DNA of 64,000 nucleotides from Acidimicrobiia bacterium. Lineage in GTDB: Bacteria > Actinomycetota > Acidimicrobiia > IMCC26256 > JBBRZM01. A program made the translations under genes and the position numbers. The stretch lies in contig JBBRZM010000001.1 of the NCBI GenBank assembly GCA_038236695.1, positions 14,177 to 78,176 on the forward strand, written 5' to 3'. Positions 48,385-58,096 of the stretch are shown piece by piece (the stretch's first letter is position 1; each line of letters opens with the position of its first letter). The notes below the pieces were generated by a model. That model had not been told where the DNA came from. It was given only the letters and a program-made list of their open reading frames with translations, and made no database searches.

Positions 48385-48633
48385 GTGCGCCCCCACTTCT
48401 GGCTCGTGGCGGTGTTGGTAACCCTGCCGATCGCCATCGAGGAGGAGGTCGTGTCGGCCATCGAAGCGTCGATCCATGGCCAAGCCCTGCTCGGGGTCTT
48501 CCTCACGATGGGGATCACCGGCGCGGTCGTCGGTTCGGTGGTGGGCCTCATCGAGGTCGTGCTCGCGTACGCGCTCGTGGCCCGCGACCACGCGCAGGCG
48601 GTGGCGCGCGCCAGTGACATTGACGACGATTAG
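48385..48633 (+). CDS. hypothetical small membrane protein
   Basis: 82-aa ORF with two hydrophobic segments. Weak support only. Confidence 0.3.
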   Translation: MRPHFWLVAVLVTLPIAIEEEVVSAIEASIHGQALLGVFLTMGITGAVVGSVVGLIEVVLAYALVARDHAQAVARASDIDDD

Positions 48634-48642
48634 GCTCGTCGC

Positions 48643-48864
48643 ATGGGTTCATCGGGAATGAAGCGCAACAAGAACCGCTCGCATCTCCCGAAGGTGGGTA
48701 CCGCGACCGAAGAGCACTACGAGCTCGAGCACGCGCGCGACGCGGTTGTCGAAAATTTCGGGATTCGCCCGTCGAGCCGCACCGCACGCCTGTGGGCCGT
48801 GGTCGGGGTCGTGATCGTGCTGTTGGCAGTTCTCGCGATCGTCGGCTGGGTCGTGATGACCTGA
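48643..48864 (+). CDS. hypothetical small membrane protein
   Basis: 73-aa ORF with a polar N-terminus and a C-terminal TM segment (LWAVVGVVIVLLAVLAIVGWVV). Confidence 0.35.
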   Translation: MGSSGMKRNKNRSHLPKVGTATEEHYELEHARDAVVENFGIRPSSRTARLWAVVGVVIVLLAVLAIVGWVVMT

Positions 48865-48879
48865 CCGACGCGGTCGGTC

Positions 48880-50730
48880 CTACCAGGATCCGCCACCACC
48901 ACCGCCCATCCCGCCGCCACTGAACCCGCTGGAGCCGCCGAAGCCGCTCGACGAGCCTGCCGGCGTTGACGTGAGCGTCCCCGAGGTCATCAGGCTGAAG
49001 CTGGATACGGCACTGCTGAGGGCCATGTAGTCGAACGGGGTCGCGCCGACGTACCACGACGTGTCGGGCGGCTGGTTTGCGAGACCGGCGAACGCCTTGG
49101 CCCACTTCACGGTCGCGCCGAACACGATGGCGTACGGCAGGTACTCAGTGAAGAGATTCTGCTTCTCGGCGAACTGGGCTCGAGACTTTTCCGATTCCAC
49201 GATGAAACGACGGAAACCGAGCGCACGGCGCACGACACCCGTGCCCTTCGCAGTGCGACGGGGCATCCACTTCGACGCGAACACGAACAGGATGCCGCCG
49301 ATCACGAGTGGAACGGGTACCAGCCCGGCGTGGGAGCCGGTCGCTATGAAGTAGACGCAGAGGACGCCGAGGGCGGCGACCCCGACGCCGATCCCGTGCC
49401 ATTTCGATCGGGTCGTGTCGGGGCGCCGCGAGAACCATCCCTGCTGCACCGCGTCGTCGTACAGCGCGTTCTGCACGTCGTGCATGCGCGTGGCGAAGCT
49501 GTTGCGGATGGCCGACAGCTGCACCTCGTCGCCGTCTCTGAACAGCGCGCCGAGCAAAGTGCGCTCATAGGCCTTGAGATCGGCGCCGTCCTTCTTCTTG
49601 GTGAGCGTCCAATCGGTCTTGTCGAACATGCCGTGCTTCGGGATCTCGGTGATGGTGAGGTAGCCGCGGACCGCGAGATCAACGATGGTCGCGCTCACGT
49701 CGAGCGGATTCGCGACTTGATCGACGAGCGTGCCCAGCTCACCGGGACGCAGGTTGTCGGGAGGCACGTACTCGACGGGGATCGGGTCGCCGCGGAAGAA
49801 CGGCACCGGCTCCTCGTGGCCGTCGACGTTGCCAAACGTGATGTCGGTCGGCGCGCCGGCGTATTGCTGATCGCGTCCGTAGCGCCGGAAGAGCCAGACA
49901 AATCCGATGATCGTGAGGCCAAGCCCGATCGCCGACAAGGAGACGTACAACGGCGTCGCCGCAAACGCTCCGGTCGAGACAAACGGGTTGTCGATCTTGA
50001 TGACGTTGCCGGGAGTCGACGGGTTGGTGAAATGATCGACGAGCGTCGGCGCAGCAACCGCCACCGCGGCCTTCGGCAAGGCGATCGTGGCCGTGACCCC
50101 GGAGCCCGGGGCGACCGGCGCCTGCGCGAACGTCGCCCGGCTGCCGTTGAACTGCGCCTCGGCGCACGGCTGGTTGGAGCCGACGGGCCCCGTAGTGCAT
50201 TGCGCCCTGGTGATCGCGGCGGGCGCGTCGACGGTGGCGCTCACGCTGTCGACGGGTACGGGCCAGCCGGCACCCATCAAGTTCCAGACGAGCTCCTCGT
50301 GGTCGGCAAAGTCATTGAGCGCACCGGTGACGCGATAGGTGATGTCGTAGGTGCGGCGCCCGGAGATGGTGCGGTCAGGATCGCCGATGCGAATCCGCTC
50401 GTCGTTGCCGTAGTTGGAGACCGTGTACGCGTTCGGCGCGCCGTCCGACGCGGTGATCGAGACCACCTCGAGGTGCGCAAGCCGGTCGCGACTGGCGTCG
50501 TACGGATATCGCACGGGCACGTCGCGATAAATGCCGTGATGCTCGGCGCCGCCGAAGTCATAGACGATCGACTCCTTGACGAGCAGCACACCCGACTTCT
50601 CGATCCGGAGCGCGACCTGATACCGCGCGATGTGTTCGTCTCCGGTCTGCGCGCCCGCGGGAGCAGCAGGCGACAAGACGAGCGGCGCGGCGACGAGCGC
50701 CAGCATGATGAACGCACGCCGCTGAGACAT
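48880..50730 (-). CDS. DUF2207-domain membrane protein
   Basis: Signal peptide, a large extracytoplasmic domain, three TM segments, and a Gly/Ser-rich tail (SSGFGGSSGFSGGGMGGGGGGSW). Confidence 0.75.
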   Translation of the reverse strand: MSQRRAFIMLALVAAPLVLSPAAPAGAQTGDEHIARYQVALRIEKSGVLLVKESIVYDFGGAEHHGIYRDVPVRYPYDASRDRLAHLEVVSITASDGAPNAYTVSNYGNDERIRIGDPDRTISGRRTYDITYRVTGALNDFADHEELVWNLMGAGWPVPVDSVSATVDAPAAITRAQCTTGPVGSNQPCAEAQFNGSRATFAQAPVAPGSGVTATIALPKAAVAVAAPTLVDHFTNPSTPGNVIKIDNPFVSTGAFAATPLYVSLSAIGLGLTIIGFVWLFRRYGRDQQYAGAPTDITFGNVDGHEEPVPFFRGDPIPVEYVPPDNLRPGELGTLVDQVANPLDVSATIVDLAVRGYLTITEIPKHGMFDKTDWTLTKKKDGADLKAYERTLLGALFRDGDEVQLSAIRNSFATRMHDVQNALYDDAVQQGWFSRRPDTTRSKWHGIGVGVAALGVLCVYFIATGSHAGLVPVPLVIGGILFVFASKWMPRRTAKGTGVVRRALGFRRFIVESEKSRAQFAEKQNLFTEYLPYAIVFGATVKWAKAFAGLANQPPDTSWYVGATPFDYMALSSAVSSFSLMTSGTLTSTPAGSSSGFGGSSGFSGGGMGGGGGGSW

Positions 50731-50907
50731 CCCTACTCACCTGCCGATCATCGTGGCGTGAGCCGGTTGCGTGGTGGTGGTAGAAGCACCAGCACTGCTC
50801 GACAGCTTGGTCCACCCGGTCGAACGGGGCACGTCTTGGCCCCGCCACACGGCTCGACACGGCGACGCTCGGCGCATTGCCGTCCCGTCGCCTGCTGTAC
50901 TGACGCG

Positions 50908-51885
50908 ATGGACCTCGCCGCCGCCGTCGAACAGGGCGACCTCGACGAGCTCGTGCGGTTGGTCGACGGCTTGTGCGCGACGCGCGAATGGGACGCGCTC
51001 AGCGAGCTTCGTGAGCGCTGCCAGCGCGCGTTCGAGCGGGGGCGACAGCTGTGGCCGGTGGCCGCCCATGCCGAGTACCGTCTCGCGCTCGAGGCCCCCG
51101 GACCGTGGGCCGCGTCGGTGTTGGTCGAAGGTACGGGGCGCTTCGCGCTCGGGCCGCTGCCGGAAGTCGCTGCGTCGACCCACGAGTGGGCCGAGCTCGA
51201 GCCGGACCTGCTCCCCGGACCGTCAGCGGTGCTCACAGCCCACGAACGCGTGGTACGCGGCGAAGACCTCACCGACATCGAATTGCCGGGCCCGCCGGTG
51301 CTCGAGCTTCCGCTGCGGCTCCAGCCGTGGGAACCGCAGTACCCGCTCGCCGAGTACCGACACGACAAGGCCGACTTCCCCGCGCCGCCCGGGCCGCGCT
51401 TCGAGGTGGCGGAGCTCCCGGCAGTGTCGCCGGCTCCGCGTCGCGACGGCGACGCGGTCCGAGCATTGCTCGACCTCGCTCGCGCCTGGACGAGCGGCTC
51501 CGACGGCCGAGCCGATGCGATCGCGGTCGAGGGCAATGCGCTCGACGCGATCGCGGCGCTCGGACTCGATCGGGCGCGCATCGCCGAGCTCACACCCGCC
51601 GCCGCGCTGGCGACGATGGCGTGGACCGCGGCCAGCGGCGGCGCCCACGGCCGCCGGCCAGGCGCAGCCGCGGGGCGTTTCGGCGCGTGGTGGGCCGCAG
51701 CCGCGCTCACCGACTCGCTCGAGCAGTGGCCCGCCGATCCCGACGCACTCGGCGACGCGGTCAGCCGGCTTCGCTGGTTCGCGTTCGACGCCCATGAGCC
51801 AGAGACCGGTTGGTCGCTGCACCTCGCGGCCACCGACACAGATCGAGGCTGTGCGTGGGCGGTCGCAGCGATCGATTCGACGTAG
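50908..51885 (+). CDS. conserved hypothetical protein
   Basis: Protein-like reading starts at ATG 50908 (MDLAAAVEQGDLDELVRLVDGL...). The 5' 1.5 kb of ORF 49330..51885 is antisense to the DUF2207 gene and is rejected. Confidence 0.5.
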   Translation: MDLAAAVEQGDLDELVRLVDGLCATREWDALSELRERCQRAFERGRQLWPVAAHAEYRLALEAPGPWAASVLVEGTGRFALGPLPEVAASTHEWAELEPDLLPGPSAVLTAHERVVRGEDLTDIELPGPPVLELPLRLQPWEPQYPLAEYRHDKADFPAPPGPRFEVAELPAVSPAPRRDGDAVRALLDLARAWTSGSDGRADAIAVEGNALDAIAALGLDRARIAELTPAAALATMAWTAASGGAHGRRPGAAAGRFGAWWAAAALTDSLEQWPADPDALGDAVSRLRWFAFDAHEPETGWSLHLAATDTDRGCAWAVAAIDST

Positions 51886-52055
51886 CCAACCCGCAGGGTT
51901 CCCTGAGTCGGGACACGAATCGGTCGAATCGTGGGGTATGCCACAGAGGGGTTCCGCGGCGCCGGACCGGCAGGCGGCACCGGCTTGATCCAGGGCGGCT
52001 GCTGGTGACGAACGTCATGAAACAGACAGTCGCAACCCGGAACCAGGAGTAGGCC

Positions 52056-52718
52056 ATGGCTACGAGCACGACCACCACGCACGACTATGACACGCTCGTG
52101 CGCGAGGAGCTCGCCGACCTGCGCGCGTTTCTTGCGACGCTCACCGACGCGCAGTGGGACGCCGAGACGCTGTGCGAGGGCTGGCGCGTGCGCGACGTCG
52201 TCGGCCACATGTGCGTCGGCTACTCGATCAACCTGCTCAAGTTCCCGTTCACCCTCGCGACCTTCGGCTTCAACGTGCCCAAGGGCTCCCACGTGCTCTC
52301 AGTGCGCTACGGCGACGAGCACACGCCGGCCGAGATCAAGGAGAACTTCGCCAGCCTGACGACCAAGGAGAAGCCGGGTGGTCTCGCCCGGGTCATCAAG
52401 ACCCATGAGCGCTTCACCGACCACCTGATCCACCAGCAGGACATCCGTCGCCCGATGAACAAGCCGCGCGAGATCCCGCGCGAGCGTCTCGTCGCCGCGC
52501 TCGACGCGCTGCCGCGCATCGGCGGGTTCCTCAAGTCGAACCAGAAGGCCAAAGGCCTGCGCTTCGTCGCAACCGACATCGAGTACACGCTCGGCGACGG
52601 CCCAGAGGTGCGCGGGCCGGCCGAAGCGTTGATCCTGGCGATCTCGGGACGACCGGTCGCGCTGCCCGAGCTCGACGGCGAGGGCCTCGCGACCTTGCGG
52701 CAGCGCATCGGCGCCTGA
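52056..52718 (+). CDS. TIGR03083-family (maleylpyruvate isomerase N-terminal / DinB-like, mycothiol-dependent-type) protein
   Basis: Contains WDAETLCEGWRVRDVVGHM, the family motif. Confidence 0.7.
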   Translation: MATSTTTTHDYDTLVREELADLRAFLATLTDAQWDAETLCEGWRVRDVVGHMCVGYSINLLKFPFTLATFGFNVPKGSHVLSVRYGDEHTPAEIKENFASLTTKEKPGGLARVIKTHERFTDHLIHQQDIRRPMNKPREIPRERLVAALDALPRIGGFLKSNQKAKGLRFVATDIEYTLGDGPEVRGPAEALILAISGRPVALPELDGEGLATLRQRIGA

Positions 52719-52761
52719 TTCGCTCGCCGCTTCGCGGCTGCCACCAGTAGCGTCCCGCTCC

Positions 52762-53559
52762 TTGGACCCGCTCGCGTTCTTCGGCCTGGAGGAGACTGCC
52801 GATCCCCGGCGCTGGCGCCTGCCGGTCGTCCCTGAACTGTGTTCCGGGATTGGCGCGCTGTTCGGCGGCGCGGGCTTGGGCGCGTGCATCGAGGCGCTCG
52901 AGCGCACGACCGGCCGGCCGCTTGTGTGGGCGACCGCGCAGTACCTGTCATATGCGCGTCCGCCGGCGCTCGTCGACATCGCCGTCACCGGCCTCGTGCG
53001 CGGCCACCACTCGTCGCAAGCACGTGCGGTCGCGACCGTCGACGGTGAGGAGATCTTCACCGTCAACGCCGCGCTCGGCCGTCGACCAACACCGTGGCAA
53101 GGCCAGTGGGCGGCGCGAACCGCAGTGCCGACGCCCGACGACAGTCCGCGGCGCGAAGAGATCGAACGCCACCGGGGCACGTTGATGGAGCGGCTCGAGA
53201 TGCGCGTCGCCAAGGCGCGCACACCCGACGAGCTGCCCGGCACACCCGGTGACGGCTGCAGCGCCCTCTGGGTACGATTGCCCGACCTCGAGATGTCGGC
53301 CCCGGCGTTGGCAATCGTCGGCGACTTCGTGCCCTTCGGTGTCAGAGAGGCCCTCGGTCAGCCCGCCGGCGGGAACAGCCTCGACAATACGCTGCGCGTC
53401 ATGCATCACCACCATGCCACCGAGTGGATACTCGCCGACGTACGCGTGCACGCGGTTGCCAACGGCTTCGGGCACGGTCTGGTGCATCTCTGGGCCGACG
53501 ACGGCACACTGCTCGCGACCGCCAGCCAGTCGACGATCGTGCGGGAATGGCGCGACTGA
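52762..53559 (+). CDS. acyl-CoA thioesterase (TesB-like double hotdog)
   Basis: 265 aa with two hotdog-like halves. FGGAGLGACIEAL and the SQARAV...EIFTVNAALG pattern are present. Confidence 0.65.
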   Translation: MDPLAFFGLEETADPRRWRLPVVPELCSGIGALFGGAGLGACIEALERTTGRPLVWATAQYLSYARPPALVDIAVTGLVRGHHSSQARAVATVDGEEIFTVNAALGRRPTPWQGQWAARTAVPTPDDSPRREEIERHRGTLMERLEMRVAKARTPDELPGTPGDGCSALWVRLPDLEMSAPALAIVGDFVPFGVREALGQPAGGNSLDNTLRVMHHHHATEWILADVRVHAVANGFGHGLVHLWADDGTLLATASQSTIVREWRD

Positions 53560-53584
53560 ACGCTCGAGCCGAGGAGGCGTCCAC

Positions 53585-54553
53585 ATGACCCAGCCGCGCT
53601 ACGGGATCACCGTGCCCTTCGAAGGCATCCCGCTGCACGCGCACGAAGACTGGTTCCGCGAGGTCGCGGACCTCGGCTACACCGACGTGTGGTCGGCCGA
53701 GTCCGGTGGCCCGGATGCCTTCACCCCACTCACGCTCGCGGCGGCATGGGAGCCGCGCCTCCGGCTGGGCACCGCGATCGTGCCCGCGTACACGCGCGGC
53801 GCGGCGACGCTCGCGGAATGTGTCGCCAGCCTCGCGCAGGCCGCGCCGGGTCGGTTCGCATTCGGCATCGGCACATCTTCCGACGTGATCGTCGAACGCT
53901 GGAACGCCATGTCGTTCGACAAGCCCTACCAGCGCGTGCGCGACACCGTCCGCTTCCTGAAGGACGCGTTGCGGGGCGAGAAGATCAGCCACGACTACGA
54001 AACGTTCTCGGTGAAAGGGTTCCGTCTCGGCATCCGACTCGAAGAGCACGAGATCCCGCCGATCCTCATTGCTGCGCTCCGGCCGGGAATGTTGCGACTG
54101 GCGGGGCGCGAGGCCGACGGCGCCATCATCAACTGGCTGTCCGCCGACGACGTGAAGCAGGTCGTGCCCCACGTCGGCGAAGGCAAGGAGATCGCAGCTC
54201 GCATCTTCGTGTGCCCATCCGACGACGCGAAGACGGTGCGCCCACTCGCGCGCCGCCTGATCGCGTCGTATCTCAATGTGCCGGTGTACCGCGCGTTTCA
54301 CGAGTGGCTTGGTCGTGGTCCGGTACTGCAGGACATGTGGGACGCGTGGGCCGAAGGCGATCGCGAACGTGCGGTCGCCGCGATCCCCGACGACGTCGTC
54401 GATGATCTCGTGGTGCACGGCTCGCCCGAGCAGTGTCGGGCGAGGCTCGCGCGCTACGTGGAGAACGGCGTGACCACCCCTGCGCCGGCGGTCATCCCGA
54501 TCGGCGTCGATCTCCGGGAAGCGATCCGGGGTCTCGCTCCGTCGGCCGGCTAG
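53585..54553 (+). CDS. LLM-class F420-dependent oxidoreductase
   Basis: YGITVPFEGIPLHAHEDWFREVADLGYTDVWSAE... matches the luciferase-like monooxygenase family. GAGGAGG lies upstream of ATG 53585. Confidence 0.8.
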   Translation: MTQPRYGITVPFEGIPLHAHEDWFREVADLGYTDVWSAESGGPDAFTPLTLAAAWEPRLRLGTAIVPAYTRGAATLAECVASLAQAAPGRFAFGIGTSSDVIVERWNAMSFDKPYQRVRDTVRFLKDALRGEKISHDYETFSVKGFRLGIRLEEHEIPPILIAALRPGMLRLAGREADGAIINWLSADDVKQVVPHVGEGKEIAARIFVCPSDDAKTVRPLARRLIASYLNVPVYRAFHEWLGRGPVLQDMWDAWAEGDRERAVAAIPDDVVDDLVVHGSPEQCRARLARYVENGVTTPAPAVIPIGVDLREAIRGLAPSAG

Positions 54554-54614
54554 TAGCGCACACGGCTATCTCCTGTTCTAGCGAGGATTGTGGCGCGCCG
54601 GGTGCGGCGGGGGG

Positions 54615-55406
54615 TCAGGCAACCTGCTTGAGCTTCACCTCGTGGTGACGGATGGTCGCGAGCCGGCACCGCATGAGTACGCGCACGAGCCACCAACCGG
54701 GGTCGATCTGGCCGGCGGTGAAGGAGAAGCGCGCCGACGTCGGTGCGGCGTGATGGTTGTTGTGCAGGCCCTCGCCCGCGCAGATCAGCGCGAGTGCGTT
54801 GCTGTTGGTCCCGGAGTTCTCGTGCGGACGCCCGCCGAGTGTGTGGCCGACGGCGTTGACCGCGCCCGCGAGCAGCAGATAGCTGACTGCGTGGATTGCA
54901 GCAGCCAGCAGACCGGTCTTCCACCCGAGCGTGACACAGAAAATCCCGATCCCGATGCCGAGCCCGAAGAACGCGTGGTCGAAGAACAATTGATCGATGC
55001 GGTCGCTCGGCAGGTCGCGCGCGTAGCGCTGCACAGTCATCCGGTCACGCGCCACCTTTCGGTACAGACCGGCGTTAGTGAGCTGCACTCGCCAAAAGCC
55101 CATGACCGCGGGACTGTGTGGATCGTCGATCGTGTCGGTGGTGGCGTGATGGCGGCGATGCACCGCGACCCACTGGCGCGGTCGCATCCCGGTTGTCATC
55201 CAGATCGCCAACCGGAAGAACAGCGCGGCGCGTCCGTCGACACTGAGCGCTCGATGCGTCAGGCCCCGGTGCAAGTAGACGCTCGTCACGAACAACGAAA
55301 ACTGCGTGACCGCGAGGCCGGCGACAACGGCGACGAGAATGTGCACGAGCGGCTCCCCTGCCGAGCGATGGGGTCGAGCGACCGGACGCCCGAGATCTTC
55401 GGGCAC
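54615..55406 (-). CDS. membrane fatty-acid (acyl-CoA/acyl-lipid delta-9-type) desaturase
   Basis: Three His boxes: HRGLTH, HRRHH and HNNHH. Confidence 0.85.
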   Translation of the reverse strand: MPEDLGRPVARPHRSAGEPLVHILVAVVAGLAVTQFSLFVTSVYLHRGLTHRALSVDGRAALFFRLAIWMTTGMRPRQWVAVHRRHHATTDTIDDPHSPAVMGFWRVQLTNAGLYRKVARDRMTVQRYARDLPSDRIDQLFFDHAFFGLGIGIGIFCVTLGWKTGLLAAAIHAVSYLLLAGAVNAVGHTLGGRPHENSGTNSNALALICAGEGLHNNHHAAPTSARFSFTAGQIDPGWWLVRVLMRCRLATIRHHEVKLKQVA

Positions 55407-55504
55407 TGTACGCGATCGCGGGGTAGGTAGGCTCCTGAGGCGGCCGGATCCGGTCGCGCTGTTCCGTGCCCGCCGCGCGGGCTCGGCCCGACGTCGGGAC
55501 GGCT

Positions 55505-56107
55505 ATGGACAACGGCCACGGCACGAAGGACCAGATCCTCGCGGTCTCGCTCCGTCGTTTCGCCGACCACGGGTACGCAGGTACGAGCCTCAACGAGATC
55601 GCCGACGAGGTCGGCATCCGGCGCCCGAGTCTGTTCCATCACTTCGCATCGAAGGAAGCGCTCTACCGCGCGGTGCTGCTCGACTCGTTCGGCGACTGGT
55701 TCGCGCTCGTGGAGGCAGCGGTAGAGGGGCCGCGCGAAGGGTGGCCGCAGGTGGAGCGGGTGCTGCGCGCCGCGTTCACGTTTTTCGAGACGCATCCCGA
55801 CTTCGTACGCCTCGCCCGCCGCGAGGCACTGGAGGACAGCTCGATCCTCACGGAGGAGCTGGGATCGGCGCTGCGCGGGCCATTCGACCGGGCGGTGACG
55901 TTTTTCGAGCGGGAGATGGCGGCCGGACGGCTCCGCTCCTATGACGGCCGGCAGCTCCTGCTCACGGGTTACGGCGCGGTGCTGTCGTACTTCTCCGACG
56001 CGCCGCTCGTCACGTCGCTGCTCGACGAAGACCCGATGAGTCCCGCGGCGTTGAAGGAGCGCAGGGAGCACATCATCGATGTGCTCCGCAACGCGCTCGA
56101 ACCGTAA
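55505..56107 (+). CDS. TetR-family transcriptional regulator
   Basis: N-terminal [32 protein letters not shown]. Divergent from the desaturase gene. Confidence 0.85.
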   Translation: MDNGHGTKDQILAVSLRRFADHGYAGTSLNEIADEVGIRRPSLFHHFASKEALYRAVLLDSFGDWFALVEAAVEGPREGWPQVERVLRAAFTFFETHPDFVRLARREALEDSSILTEELGSALRGPFDRAVTFFEREMAAGRLRSYDGRQLLLTGYGAVLSYFSDAPLVTSLLDEDPMSPAALKERREHIIDVLRNALEP

Positions 56108-56143
56108 CTGCGACCCGTCAGATCGTAGGGCACGAACGATGCG

Positions 56144-56872
56144 TCACAAGGTGGCGACCTGCTGCCAGCGCTCGACGAGTGCTCCGTCGCCGTGCACGTC
56201 GACGGTCCCGGGCACGACGCGACCGTAGAGCACGAGCAGGAGATCGGACGCCGGTCCGCGCGCTGCGACGTCGCCTTTCGCGTGTTCGCGGGTCACGACA
56301 AGCCCGTCGGCGTCGAAATCGACGAGCCACTCGCCGTCGGCGTCGGTGCTGTGGACGTGCATCGTTCCGCTCGTGCCCTCGAACTTTGGGGCCATGAACG
56401 CCGGGACGAAATCGAGGAACTCGTCGATGCCGTCAACCGCGAGCGGCGCGTCGATTGGCTGAGCGATGCCGACGGCGTTCTCACCGTCCCATCGGTGCAC
56501 CGCAACCTCGAGCGCCGCGCGCCGCGCCCAAAACCCTGCGACCGGCGCGCCACGGAACGTCCACGTGGGCGCTTCGGGACCGGTGTCTCGCAACGTGGAC
56601 ACGAGCTCCGACGTGGTGGTCGCGAACGCATCGATGACGGCCGGCCCCGTGGGCGCGTCACCCACTTCGTCGAACGGCACGTGCGCAGCGGGCGTGGCGC
56701 GTTGCACGTTGAGCATCGCCCACCGCTGGGTGCCGCGTACGTGGCCGACGAGCTCGCCCAGTGTCCACTCGGGGCAGGTGGGAACAACCGCGTCGAGCGG
56801 CCCACGTGTCGCCGCGCTCCGCAGCGCCGCCGACTCGCGCTCGACTGCGTCGAGGTACGCGTCGAACTCCAT
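56144..56872 (-). CDS. TIGR03083-family (DinB-like, mycothiol-dependent-type) protein
   Basis: VVPTCPEWTLGELVGHV motif. Start at ATG 56872. Confidence 0.7.
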   Translation of the reverse strand: MEFDAYLDAVERESAALRSAATRGPLDAVVPTCPEWTLGELVGHVRGTQRWAMLNVQRATPAAHVPFDEVGDAPTGPAVIDAFATTTSELVSTLRDTGPEAPTWTFRGAPVAGFWARRAALEVAVHRWDGENAVGIAQPIDAPLAVDGIDEFLDFVPAFMAPKFEGTSGTMHVHSTDADGEWLVDFDADGLVVTREHAKGDVAARGPASDLLLVLYGRVVPGTVDVHGDGALVERWQQVATL

Positions 56873-56882
56873 GGCCGGCACC

Positions 56883-57611
56883 CTACTGCGGGGACGCGTC
56901 AAACAGCGTGGGCGTCTGCTCCTCGGTGACGCGCTCGACGAGCGCGGGGCCGTCGGCGTCAGGAGTGTTGACGAGCGTGCTCACCGGATAGATCTCGAGC
57001 ACCTCGTCGGGCACCGGCACCAGGAGTCGGCCGAGTGTCTCGACGTCACGGTTCTCAGGATCGAGCCACGGTACCCACGCGTCTTCCGGCAGTACCACTG
57101 GCATGCGATCGTGAATCGGCGCGAGCGACGTGTTCGCGTCGGTGGTCACGATCGCGCACGAGCGTACGAGCGGCGCGTCAGGGTCCGACGGATCGCGCCA
57201 CGCCTCCCACAGGCCCGCGAACGCGAGTGGCTCTCCATCGCGGCGGTGCACGAACACCGGCTGCTTCTGCCGGCCGCCTCCCGGCGGCGGACCCCACTCG
57301 TAGAAGCCGTCAGCGGGAATCAAGCACCGTCGGCGCTCGAACGCGTTGCGGTAGGCGGGCTTGTCGACAAGCGACTCGGCACGGGCGTTGATGAGCCGGT
57401 CACCGATGCGCTCGTCGTCGGCCCACGACGGGATCAGTCCCCATCGCAAGAGGCGGAGCTGACGCGAACCCTGGCGTTCACGGACCGCATAGACCTCGGC
57501 GCGAGGCGTCACGTTGTAGTCGGGTTCGTGTCTGTCGATCGCGACCTCATCGACACCGAAATACTCGGCCACCAACGCCGGCGATGACACCGAGACGAAC
57601 CGCCCGCACAC
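56883..57611 (-). CDS. SOS response-associated peptidase (SRAP/YedK)
   Basis: N-terminal MCGRF catalytic Cys2; 242 aa. Confidence 0.85.
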   Translation of the reverse strand: MCGRFVSVSSPALVAEYFGVDEVAIDRHEPDYNVTPRAEVYAVRERQGSRQLRLLRWGLIPSWADDERIGDRLINARAESLVDKPAYRNAFERRRCLIPADGFYEWGPPPGGGRQKQPVFVHRRDGEPLAFAGLWEAWRDPSDPDAPLVRSCAIVTTDANTSLAPIHDRMPVVLPEDAWVPWLDPENRDVETLGRLLVPVPDEVLEIYPVSTLVNTPDADGPALVERVTEEQTPTLFDASPQ

Positions 57612-57613
57612 GG

Positions 57614-58096
57614 CTAGCGGCGGGCGGGCTGGCCGCCGCGGCGCCGGGTACGGCGGCGCGGACGGTCGCCGACCCGATACACGAAACGCAATCCCGACCA
57701 GGTGTCGTCGACCGCGCAGACCTTGTTGTCGACGAGGCCCGCGTCAAGGCCGATCTGTTGTACGGGAGCGAAACCGAGATCGGTCGCGACGCCGGACGCC
57801 TTCTTCGGCCACGCCACCCATAGACCGCCGTCAGGCTCGAGCGCGCGCGCCAACGCGGGGAAACGACGCGCGAGCTCCGCCTCGCGCGTGACGAAGAACA
57901 CGACCACATCGAGACGGCCGCGTGCTTGACGGCGGAGCTCGACACCGTCGGGAAGCGCGCCGAGCTTCGCGTCGAATCCGTTGGGAGCGGCGACGAGTGC
58001 AACACGCGCCCTTTCGCTGATGCCGAGCTTCTTCGCGAGCGCGGTGCCGGAGCCAGCCACGAGGTTGAGCATTCCCGCGCGATGAGCACCAGTCAA
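57614..58096 (-). CDS. DUF3052-domain protein
   Basis: SGTALAKKLGISERARVALVAAPNGF...LWVAWPKKASG. The ATG overlaps the MFS stop (ATGA). Confidence 0.65.
   Translation of the reverse strand: MTGAHRAGMLNLVAGSGTALAKKLGISERARVALVAAPNGFDAKLGALPDGVELRRQARGRLDVVVFFVTREAELARRFPALARALEPDGGLWVAWPKKASGVATDLGFAPVQQIGLDAGLVDNKVCAVDDTWSGLRFVYRVGDRPRRRTRRRGGQPARR

Noticed and set aside
49330-50907. 5' 1.5 kb of the 851-aa ORF 49330..51885
   Set aside because: This part is antisense to the DUF2207 gene and reads as Arg/Asp/Gly-rich nonsense. Protein-like sequence begins only at ATG 50908, downstream of the divergent gene start.
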